Assembly (NCBI GenBank): GCA_002633005.1
Contig: NMRA01000028.1
Span: 399,989 to 463,988, forward strand
Direction of reading: 5' to 3'
DNA from: Phoronis australis
Lineage: Eukaryota; Animalia; Phoronida
DNA length: 64,000 bases
Shown: positions 52,668 through 64,000 of the stretch, in pieces
Position numbering within the stretch: position 1 is the first letter of the stretch
How the letters are laid out: each line of letters starts with the position of its first letter
The notes under the pieces: model-generated
What the model was told of the DNA's origin: nothing
The model's database searches: none
The model's input: the letters and a program-made list of their open reading frames with translations, nothing else
Made by a program: the position numbers and the translations under genes

Positions 52668-54389
52668 TTACTATATTTTGATACAAGAGTAAACTGTGTT
52701 ATTTTGTATTTTCACCTAAACCCATAAACAGCATCAGGTCTTACCAGAACTTAAAGCAAGTTTGCAATAACATAAATAACCAGAAAGTGGTTTTCGCAAA
52801 AGTCATACAGCATAAGGTCAAACCAAAATCACCAGAATAAAGCAAGTTGTCAATGACAAATCTAGTGCCAGACAACGAAATCCCGTTCTGCAATCATGAA
52901 AATTTAGGAAAACTAACTTTCCACTTGAGTCTCTGAAATGGGCCTGACAATAGTCACTTCTAAAGTTGGCATTGTATATGGCTTTAAAAAGAACCGTTGC
53001 CTATGTTCTTACATTCCTACAGCTTTGTTGCTTCCCGACTTTTTCACTTTGGTGTGTGAGAACTGATGACCCATTAGCAACTTGGCCAGTTGCACAGTGC
53101 CTTGTATTTCCTCAACAAATTATACAATTCCCATTATTGTCATGAAGCTTGTTGATGGGGGAAACTGGCGCAAGGTGTGGAGTATAGCAATTATCACACT
53201 AGCGATGACTGGCTGAAATGAATCGTGGGTTAAAACTGGTGATTTTTCAAACTGTTTAGCTTCTGGAACTGAATTTCTCTTAAAAAGTTCGGTTAGGGTA
53301 ATTTTTAGCTAAAGAAATACAAAAATAGCCAAAAAAGATGCATTTCGGTTCTATGGTAGCTGTTGCTGAATGGTTTTAGTGACTCTTTGACCGGTGCTAG
53401 AAAACACTTAGCAATAGACAAGATTGATATCTCGACTAGCCTCGATTAAGAGACTGCTGGTGCACAATGAACAATTCCAATGCATTGAAAATGCTCAATT
53501 AAAACAAAATATGTTTTAAAACTTTTCATTGTCCCGCGTCATTTATATATCAGTACATTGCTTTCTTCATGTGTATAGTAATATATTAATAAAGTAGCAA
53601 TTAAATGGCACACAGTGAGCTACAACAGAAATCATTCCCTCACTGCAGATTTTGAGACGGAATTCATCTGGCCGTAGACCACTGAAATAAACTTCATAAA
53701 TAACCACAGCATAGTGAATACTATCCAGAACAAATACTCTTGAAACCAATCTAAAAGAAATGCATTACCAAATTAGTTGTGTTTTGTTTCAACATCAATC
53801 ATTCAAACTACGTACCCATGCTCAGTCCAGAAAGCATTTTTAAAATGTAACTTCAAAAATTAACTCCACAGGGTTGTGAATGGTTGAACAATAGCTAAAA
53901 AGTAGCTTCTGTAACTAAGTTGTTGTTCTAATGTTGATTTATTCAAATTTCCAATTTGGATCTGGATTTGACCAAAGTATGACTGTCCAGTGTATGTGGG
54001 CTTAAATTGATTAGTTTCATACAATTAAAGGTGCTTTAAACCTGCATTTCACAGGAACTTGTCGTCCGTTAACCACAGTTACCAATAATAAAACCACTAG
54101 TAAGATGTTAATACATTTCAATCTTTACTTAAGTATGGATTTGGCATATGTCGCTTTAACTTAAATAAAAACTAAATCTTGTCCAAAGTATTTGTCTATG
54201 AATCGGACTGTTGTCGTTTTCTATTAGATTTTGTGAAGTTGCTCTTCTTTCAAGGATGCAGACGATTGTAAACTGTAATCGGCACCTCAGACTGTGTTCA
54301 TTAAGTCAACACATGGCACTGATGTTACAAGCACAGCAGACGACAATCGTAGAAAAGACATTTGATTATAGTCTTCTTTTAAAACTATT

Positions 54390-57300
54390 TCACATGGAGA
54401 AGTTCTGTGTGTAGTCATACTCAATGGTGGGAATCACAGCCTGTACAAACTTAAGGAATATCATCAAGTACATGTGAACACCCAGTTCACCCCCTCCTTC
54501 AGCGACTGTCTCTATTATCTTTTTCATCACATCGGCGTGTCTAAAAAACAAAATTGGAAATTTGACAATCACATGAAAATGCTAAAATGAGTAAAACACT
54601 AAGAAAACAACAAAAGTTATAAAAAATTCAAATTAGCAGAGGAAAAGAAAATAAATTTTTACTAAAATCTCATTTTTAGTAAAAGAAAATATTTCACCAA
54701 ATGAGAGTTGTACCATTTTCAACTTCTGTATCATAGTAACCAGCATACTATATTTAGAAACAATTGTAAGCATTCACAAAAATGTCAGAGGCCTTTGGCA
54801 ATTATCTGTGACCGAAATTATTGAGACTTTACTTTCAAGTCTAGTCCCAAAATTTGATGGACATCAACCAAAAGCACAAGCTGACGAACCCTTCAAAAAT
54901 GCCACTTATTACTACTGTAAAGCTATAACAATGCCACTCCACACCAAAAACTAATGAGCTGAGGCTAGGGTTGAGAAGTGTCCAACATGCCCAAGTACAT
55001 GTCAGTTATGACGACCTCAACAAGCATGATCTAAGATCAGATAAGTAATTATTGCAAGACAGAGCAATGCTCCACATCGTGAGCATACCTGCAAGGGTGC
55101 ACTGAAGCCATGGGGGGTCCAGGAATGTTTGGATGGGTTTCCATGGTAACAGTTTTCTTGGCATGATCTTGACTAAAATCATCATACATCTGTTCTACGG
55201 TGAGTGGTTTTCTATTCTGAGAAAGAAAAGTTCAGAAACAGTTAGACTCGCTATTAATTGAATAAAAGTGAAAACTGGTATTTTAATACGGTATATATAC
55301 ATATACCATACATACGGTAATTCAATACTCACAAAGCCAGTACTATTTTATAAATTACTTATTGTGACTGTTAATTTTGTTGGAAGCAAGCAGCATTGGT
55401 GACCACATTCACAGTGCAGGTAGCTCCATATTGAAATTCGCTTTCTCACCAGGCAGCAATGATTTCTTCAGTGGACTGGCGTTCAGCGCTACCTGCAGAT
55501 GACATGTAATGTGGACAGGAGGTTGCAACCCATTTTAAAACATTTTCTGCATTCATAATGCCGTCGATTTTCTACTGTTGTGCGGTGGGGTGTACTAATG
55601 ACTCACGATAAAGGCGAAGAAGAATCAGTGGCTGTGAAGTCAGTGGCTGTGACAGATAAAACATCTGAGTTTCAAGCCAAACTGATGGCATCGCATGTCT
55701 GGTGCATTTTTGGCAGTGCTGGGCCGACAGAAGAAAAATAAAGAAATAATTGCGGAAGTCTAGTACATGTTCATGTGGGCTCACTACACTGATCACCTGG
55801 AACCATAATTTATGCTTTATTAATATTATAGTTAAAACCGAGCTGAAGAGTTAGAGACCTGACTCAAGGGTTCAGAAGTGTGTCCCAATGAGACTTGAAC
55901 TCCCAGAACAAAATCCTTGCCCCAGTTTGATTTAATATAATAATTTTAAAAGGTCCTTTTCAACTCGGCCCAGAGTAGAAAGCAGCGTCACTACCTGCCA
56001 TCTTGAATTTCTGTCCACTGCCGTCTGAGTGGCAATCAAGAGCAACTCATTTCCGGGTTCTCAGTACACTAAAGAGCAACCGTACAAAACGTTTGCTATT
56101 TACAAGCAACAGACCTGATACGACGAAAGTAAGAATGTGCCACATTTTGAGCTTGGAGAGGATAATTATAGGACATAGTGGCTTACAATTTTGCTGGCAA
56201 TTGTCAATCACAATAGGCCTTTTGAAATTGATATGCAAGGTAAGTGAAAATAGTTCTTTGTGAACCCTGCTGTTAGTGATACAACAGCCCCAGTTGGCAT
56301 GTGTAAGTAAACACAGCTTAAAAAGGGTTTATAATCCTGGCTGAGAAGATAATTGTTTTATTAACCCCTATAGGTTTTGAATAGCCATGTCTGGAATGCA
56401 TCCATTGAGTGATTGATTGCCTTTACTCACCTCATCATAACCAAACAGCCATAGTCGTGGTGTTTGGTAATATTTATCGTAAGTTATATTTAAATCATAA
56501 GTTCTAGTTTGTAAAACTCCATCTTCCTCCACATTAGATGACACCGCTCCTTCGTCCGATGGTTTTGTTGAAAGATCTAACGTGGCCTGAAATTGTGACG
56601 AAAAAACCACTAAAGTATTGTTTATCTATAAACTATAGTATGGTAACAATAATAATAACAAACAAATCTTGATTCACATGACAAATTGATCTGGAACAAC
56701 TCAGCGCCAGTGCAAGATGATCTACAAAAGAGTGACCATTTACCCTGCCAAGTATCATGCTGTGCAATGTTTCATACTATAATAAAACGGAAATTTAATA
56801 AAGTAAACCTGCACCTGCGTATCATATTTCCTTACTTATTGTTATTATTGGCTGGTTCTACAGAAGCCGGCAGACATGCATCATTCAGACACTTACACCT
56901 ACCCCCTTCAGGCTATTTTATTTTAACATTGTACATGGATGTAAAGCTTATTCACAATATTTCTGTCTAGGAGCTCAATAAATGGCTTCAACTTTAAGTC
57001 AAATATTGAAAAAATATGCTTTGTCAACCATTCAAAGTGCATATTTTCTGAAAGGAGAAAGATCGAGGATTCAAAAAATATGCTTCTTACTACTCTGTCT
57101 TTATTATTGTCATGTGATCACATTTTAAAGTCCAATTTTCATGTGTAAAAAAGGTACATTAACAGCAAAATAACCCCCCAGACCTTTTACTAAAACTTTT
57201 TTAAATGAAAACTTTAATATCTTAAAAAACGCCATGAGCATTTTGCTTTAAAATGTTTAATTTTCACATACCAAGCAATATACGAATAAGACTGCTGTTT

Positions 57301-60300
57301 TTTTACAAAAATGCCTTGCTTTGCGAGTCAATTTGGCATAAAACTGACATCAAAAATTCCTAACAGGATGTTTTGCTATGGATCTACCTTCCTTGCACAT
57401 GAAAATTTGACTTAAAAACATGGCCATGTGACAATAATAAAGATTAAGTAGCAAAAAGAATATTTTTAAAATCCTTGATCTTTCAGAAAATATGTGCTTT
57501 TAATTGTTGACAGTTTTTTTTCTTGATATTTGAGTTAGAGTTGAGGCCGTTTATTAAGGTTCTAGATAACCTTAAACTATAAAACATTACATAAGAAACA
57601 GCATTTTTTGAGGTTGTGTCAAAATGTGAAACTCTTAAGAGACTAACTAAACATCGCTTAAACTGACTACTGGTATCCACAATTATAAGAGGTTGTGTCA
57701 AAATGTGAAACTCCACAGACTAACTACACATCACACAGTTTACCGGGTCCTCTTCATCTAACATTCCACTTTCTTCAAAGGCTTCCATGTCTGCCGCCTC
57801 TTCATCATCATCGTCGTCATCGTCATCATTGCTTGTTGTTGCCATGGAAGCACTAGTTTCCTGATAGACAAAATAAGCATTTATGAACTACCTTCTCAGT
57901 CCAGACATTACCCAATTGACAAACCTATCTCAGGGTGATTCAGACTAATCACCCAGTATTCATTATGTCATAAACAAAATAATTATCAGATGAAGCTGGG
58001 AGTAATAATAGTAATGGAGTATTATAGTCCAAGGTTGAAATTTCATATTTGTAAAATATATCAAAATGACAATTAAACAAGGGTACCACAAAGGTCCTTC
58101 GTTTTGTATTAGATGAACAACACAAATCAACCCTAAAACATCTGAACAAGAATATCAAACTGACTTTTTATGGTAGTCATGAATCTCAGGGCAACATCTG
58201 CAAGGCAGACTAGATCTTATCAACATTTGTTTAGCTGAATGTATGAAAATCATGCACCAACAATCATGCATTTATCCTGACCACCTCACTATTGACACCA
58301 AACGGGTGGTAGGCCTCTCATAGCAGTGCGTTGGCAATGTAAATGCCATTACAGTTTTCAAAGTTTTATTTTATGCAATTTTTGAACTTTTTCATAAATA
58401 TAACAAAAGTACTATTTTTAATAATTCCTCACATAAAAACGATTATTCCTATTTTAGAGAACAATGCATAAAACATAGTATATGAAAGTTTCATTTGGAT
58501 CTCATGGGCTATTTCTAAGATATAACGATCTGAAGTTTGCCAAATTTGGACATTTTTCTAGGGTCCTAGATAACTTTAAGAAAATTAAGTTTACCTTGCT
58601 ATCTAGTGTCATTTCCGCAACTGCTTCCTGAACTGTGTGTAAACTGCTATCAGCTGAAAGCATAGGTTTAACATGAGAGTGTAAACATCAACATTCACAT
58701 TTTGAAGGAAGAAACCAGACGTTTCATCAGGATATATGAGCACAAAATATTGATACCACTCATTTCTCGCACACTTTGATGGTGCTGAATGATTGTTGTG
58801 TATTGTTGTTTAGGACACAGAGCCTCGTTTTAGCATCAATTTGAACAAAGCTAACGTGAAAGCGTGCATTCCAAGCGTGCAGAACCATTGTTATTTGGAC
58901 ACAACATCTCGTTTTCAAGCATAATGGCGAATTCATGCAAACGGTGAATATGAGGAAAGTGACATCTGTCACTACAACTTACCAGCATAATGATGTGTAT
59001 CCACCCATCCGCCATCTTCATCTACGTCTATCACTTCCTCCATCTCTTCTTGGTGGTTGTCCATTTGTTTCACTCTTTTGTAACATGGCACTGATTCACA
59101 AACACAGGACACAGTAAAGCATCAGTTTAACAACACCTGCTGAATTGTAATTGGTCACACTTGAACTCATAAACACAATGCAAAACTACAAAACGCAACA
59201 CATTCGTTCAAGTGAAATCATTAGGCTGGTCCTGGATAGAAATCTGATTTGTCATGGAGATAGGAAAATGCATTGTTACATTATTGCATGACATCAGAGC
59301 AGAAAAACTTCACTGGCATTGTAAGGTCAAATACTGTTAATGCAGTCAAGAAAAACTTGAAAAAGGAAGGCGCAAACAAACAACACGAGAAACTCCTGAC
59401 CAATGGACCGAAAACAAGGCTAGAGAACTGCTCGACAGATTTTGCAGCACTGTGGGTAAATACTGTAAGATTCAACCGTTGCTGTGTAATCCCGGCCCGC
59501 CTGATTGCTAGAAATTATCAAGCCTGAGCAAGTGATGTTTACTAAACTCTTTGCTGATTAAGTCTATCACAAACACATGCCAAAACCTAGTTATTGCTTC
59601 ACATAATGCAGGATAGTGCAGCGACTAAACTTGCAATATTTACATAGATCAATTCAAAGTTACCAATCGCTCACAGTTAGTAACTCAGTCACAGTAGCAA
59701 TCACAGCTCCACGCAGTTCATAGTTGATACGGAAAAAATCTAAAATGTGTGTCAGTCAAAAGTAGAGCTTTTAAAGATGATGCTGAATGTGGGTTCAGTC
59801 TCTTATTTCACAAAAACTACTAAGGAGCAACAGGCTCATTTACATGTTTGAACTGAACCTGATGCATGAAGACTGTGACAAGCAAGATAACAACAATGGC
59901 CAGGTGCTTAACACATCCCATGTTCATATATTGATGCTGTCCAGTCAATACATAATTAATAACCCAAGTGCTATGCAAGACAAACCATGAAAAGAATCCT
60001 ACGTTGACACTCTCACCTATCGAGACAACTCGTAACTCGACCGGTTTGCGTACCTCGAAATCTGCTGCAATGATCAAAGATCCCATGCAGTTGTTGACAT
60101 GCAGTTACATCGTCTATGGACGCCACAAGCTGCTGATGTTACTGTTCTCTAGGTAATCAGACCCATCATAAAGACATTGTGGGCACCACAAATATTTTTT
60201 TAAATTTTCGTTTTGAAAGTTTTTAAATACCATCTTTGAATAAGTTTGTGAGAAGTACCGGTACAAATGATTAGGTCTTTGAAAGTTGAAAATCCGACAA

Positions 60301-63045
60301 GAAATGTGACTTTTGCTGCCAACATCTTTTCAAACAATGTTGCCAGTATTCTACTTCACATTAATTATGCAATTTGTGCAACATAATTGGGCCAATTACA
60401 AAACCAGCAGGCAGCACTTGGATTTTGAGGTAAGCAAACAGTCAGCATGTAATTGTTGGTATGCCAGAGGGAACACGCTTTCACTCAAGTTGAAAGTCTC
60501 CCACACTAATCAGCAGAACTGGACTTACCATTTCTTGTGATTAGGAACTGTTTGTCTTTGGGTAAGTAAGACTTGACTTTAGACTCTTCACCTGTGGCCC
60601 ACTGCCATGTAGGGCAGTGATGTACAAGGTGGTCACCAGCAGCAACAAACTGAATACGACAAATAAATGAATACGACCAATAACTGAATGGACATTCTAA
60701 GTTTTCTACATTAGGTATTAGATGCCATGTTTTCAAAGGGGTATCAATGTTAAGTCTAAAAAAAACTACCAGGACAGTGAAGAACACATACCAGATAGTG
60801 ACAACTATACTGTAGCTGTATTTTGCCCTGTTTAGTTGGCTAAAACATGAAAATCAAATTCGACCTTTTACTCTGACTCGTAAAATCAGTCTCGTTCCAT
60901 TACCACAAGAACACGGAAACCTTTAGTCACTCAACAAATGCTTTGGAGGTTATTGGGAATGGTCAACTCTAAAATAACAAAATTGAAAATGACTCATATA
61001 CTAGCACACAATTGTCTATGACTTGAGTTGTTAATAGAAAGAGAATTGTATCATGGTGTTTTTAGAGTAAGAGGTCAAGGCTAAGACTAAAAGGCCTAGT
61101 TCAATTTTCATTCTAGCACGCTTAAAGCCAAGAAGACAAAATGCAAGTTCACAAATGAAGTTTCATTTGAATCCTAAACTTATACCGAGTTACAAAACAA
61201 ATACACTTAAGCAGATGATTACCATATAATTGAATGAACAGAGAACTCACAAGGTATTAACTATATATAAGTATATATGCTACAAGAATTACTACTCAAA
61301 TACACCAAATGAAAAGGAATCAAACAAGCATTACACTGTGTTTTATTACAATAACATACACACTAGTTAGTATATATAGATTATTACATGGCGAAGTCGT
61401 TATCCCCCGTTATCTAGAGCCCGAGTGGATTTTGGAGAATTATCGCCCGAGGCTCGTCAGCCCCGAGGGTGATAATTCTACAAAATCCACGAGGGCTCTA
61501 GATAAGGGGGATAACGACTGAGAACATGTAATAATCTATTTATACCACATACTAAACGAGAAACATTGCAATGAATCGATCTACCTTTCTCGACTCGCCT
61601 CGGCTTTGTAACTACTTTCTATGTCAGAGGCCCGGGGTCGGAGGTCGTGACCTTTTAAGAAAAGCCGAGCTATTTTTGTCNAAGTTCAGTTTATAAGTCC
61701 TACCTCATCTGGCGTAAGAACCCCTGTCTCCTTGAATTTGGAATTCTGAAATAGTTTACACAAATGTTATCAGACCTCAATAACGCCATGCCAACACAAC
61801 GCCATGGTAACACAAAACGAAATTCCTTCGAGTCTGACAGCAAACCTCTGTGTTTTTTGATGTTGTTTTTTTTGAAAGCAGACGTCTTTGTTTCTAGAAA
61901 CTCCCAAAATGCACACAGTTTGCTTACTTATAAATAAACAGCCTTTTCTATTCTCACATAAATGCAGTTAATCTGGTCATTCACATAAACGTCCACTGTC
62001 AAATTTAAAAAACTTTTGCTTTTAAATCCCAACACCCTGATTTTTAAGTAACATTGCCAGTTAACATTGGGAATGGATTTTGCAAATCGATCCATTTGAT
62101 GTTCCAAGGCATATGGGCTATGCACACTAATTGTTTTATCCATAAGTTCATTGGGGATTGCAAGTACAGGCTCGACGTTTCATGTAAACTCACCAAATGC
62201 GACCCGGCAAAATTCTCAGCTAACCAAATGGGAACTGAGGTTGGTACAACATGGAAACTTTGAGGGGGGGTGGAGTCCTGGCCCCTACAGGCAACTCAAG
62301 AGCCAGACTAACAACAGAAAAAGGTCAAATTCAGCAAATGTCCACCAAGCTTGGCAGGATGGCATTTTTTTCATCGAAAGGAAATTGAGAATGCCTCGCA
62401 TGCTCAAAAATGACCAATTTCCCCTTTTTGAGTTCAATAGCCCCAATACCAAACGTTTGAGGCAGGCCGGAAACAGATGGTCGTCACACACCATCTGTGC
62501 TTAACTCATAAGTGCATCTGCATCAGATTTTTGACTTCCATCATAGTATTTTGAGTGCAAGCAACTTCGTTTCAACCTGGGATTTTTAGCAGATTGCCAA
62601 ACAAATTTTAAGGTTGCATTGGTTGGTGACTCCTGAGTAGGTGGCAAATCGACGAAGCCCTAAACTAACCAAAGTAAAGTCTTTGATTTGAACTGCAAAA
62701 GCTTCGGCCAGATCGTGTTCCACGAAGTTTACACGTTTCAGCCTGCCTTTACATACTTATTTACAGACACGTTACGTTTCTATGTGGGTAGATTAGCACC
62801 TAGGCAATTACATCGCCCTGGATGCCGCAGGCATGCCAACCGAGGGGCTACGTGTTGCCTAATTAGAACCGAACTTCATTCCTGAAATTGAAAAACACCA
62901 AATTGCGTATGTTTTATATAGTTAAATACTAAACATGTTGTTGAAGCGAAAACACTTCAGAGCGTCAGTATACCTTCAATACAGGCGTTAAATATCCAGC
63001 AACTCCTAAAGCCGTGCCTTTGACAGCATTCACGAGATTTTGCAT
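54390..63045 (-). CDS. ATG3: Autophagy E2-like conjugating enzyme ATG3, 317 aa
   Basis: Nine phase-consistent exons on the minus strand: 63045-62974 ([24 protein letters not shown]), 61745-61704, 60649-60529 ([17 protein letters not shown]...), 59090-58983, 58653-58595, 57860-57744 (acidic flexible region), 56586-56431 ([26 protein letters not shown]), 55216-55089 (catalytic HPC), 54540-54390 ([10 protein letters not shown]...[14 protein letters not shown]); total 954 nt. Confidence 0.98.
56975..57557. mobile_element. AT-rich foldback MITE in an ATG3 intron
   Basis: ~200-bp imperfect inverted arms (AATGGCTTCAACTTTAAGTCAAATAT / ATATTTGAGTTAGAGTTGAGGCCGTT; TCTTTATTATTGTCA / TGACAATAATAAAGA). 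A related fragment lies at ~32080-32140. Confidence 0.75.
61376..61680. mobile_element. Non-autonomous element beginning with a ~165-bp near-perfect palindrome, cut at an N
   Basis: ATAGATTATTACATG...GTGGATTTTG.AGAATTATC / GATAATTCT.CAAAATCCAC...CATGTAATAATCTAT (61376-61539), then TATACCAC. The sequence is truncated at the N at 61681. Confidence 0.8.
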
Positions 63046-63375
63046 ATTGTTCAACTGTTCACACCCCTCTGACCTATGGCTGTATGGAAAGATTTGTTGT
63101 ACATTGATTACTTCCTATCTTACAATACTGAAGAGCAGCGTTCACTTCCGGCTCTTGCGAAACCCCCGATTCCGGGTTTTTGTTTTATTGCGAAATATGG
63201 TAAGCCTACGCATAAAAGACTGTGTTTCGCAATGACATTTTATGGTCAACTTAGGTTTTAGCGTCCAAAAATGATCCCAAAATGACCTAGCTCATAAATT
63301 CCGAGGTATAGTACCACAAACCAAGGCAAATATTGGACACCACCTTGGCGATAAAATTGCCATTTTCCCTGAGTC

Positions 63376-63990
63376 TCCTTCATCCTTTCAAATTTCAACA
63401 ACTGTCCCCTCTCATGGCATTTTTGCTCCAAAGAAAAAACACTCAAACTAGAAAAACTTCAACTCAGAGCCCTCCGTTTTGTTTACATCAACGACCTAGC
63501 ACGCACCGAACACGAACTAGGCCCGACTAGTCTCACTAGCTAACAAACCACCCCTTCATCTACACACAGACTTCGACTTATTGCAATAGAACTATTTAAA
63601 ATCCTTTATGGCGAATCATCTAAGACACTTCTTTAACTTATAAAGAAGCAATAAAACATTTACTCCTTCCGCTACAGCAACCTTTTAGATATTCCTCAAG
63701 TTAAATCTCATGTGTCCGAACTAGGAACCAATAGCCCGGCTACGGTAAAAAATCTTTTCGCTTCGAGGACACTCGGGTCTGGAACAGTCTACCGAATATG
63801 TTGCGCACAACAGAGTCTTTCACTATTTTCCGTGGACTGATACGAACCTGGACCGACCTCTAATGCAGCTGCTCTCTTGTAAACACTCCGGGTTATGCTG
63901 TAATATCAGTAGTGCCTATACCATCGATCGTTTCTTTACAATTTTGATGCATCTACATTTACACGTGTATGCCTGTTGTCGTTTATATTC
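63376..63990 (+). mobile_element. 5'-truncated, decayed LINE (CR1 group, L2/Crack-like), ORF2 C-terminus
   Basis: Translates to SFILSNFNNCPLSWHFCSKEKTLKLEKLQLRALRFVY ... RLRLIAIELFKILYG ... YSFRYSNLLDIPQVK ... YGKKSFRFEDTRVWNSLPNMLR ... CSCSL, with stops and frameshifts. These are typical post-RT motifs of this clade. Confidence 0.85.
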
Positions 63991-64000
63991 TAGCGATTAT

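Noticed and set aside
62151-62504. 117-aa ORF antisense within ATG3 intron 1
   Set aside because: Non-ATG start, no recognisable motifs, and no supporting exon structure.

Overview
Intron-rich animal genomic DNA from a draft assembly, with one 158-N gap and three single-N joins. The protein motifs look protostome-like, and the repeat content and CpG-poor gene bodies suggest a lophotrochozoan-type marine invertebrate (inference). Three conserved genes can be spliced together by hand: (1) the last six coding exons of a misshapen/MAP4K4-MINK1-TNIK kinase (CNH domain, + strand, 83-10366); (2) a complete TBL1X/TBL1XR1/ebi gene (14 coding exons, + strand, 25136-51400, 489 aa, probable non-coding first exon near 15.7-16.0 kb); (3) a complete ATG3 gene (9 exons, - strand, 63045-54390, 317 aa) converging on TBL1. 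Introns and intergenic DNA carry a Penelope-like GIY-YIG fragment as a tails-out inverted pair, Helentron/HINE-like elements, hAT-, Harbinger- and foldback-type MITEs, a tRNA-derived SINE, an L2/Crack-like LINE fragment and minisatellites. I found no convincing new multi-gene system. The best leads are a probable internal promoter with an alternative first coding exon that would remove LisH helix 1 of TBL1, a frame-preserving 16-aa cassette exon in the CNH domain, the inverted Penelope structure, and possible ancient linkage of the three genes. Most short ORFs in the supplied track are spurious.
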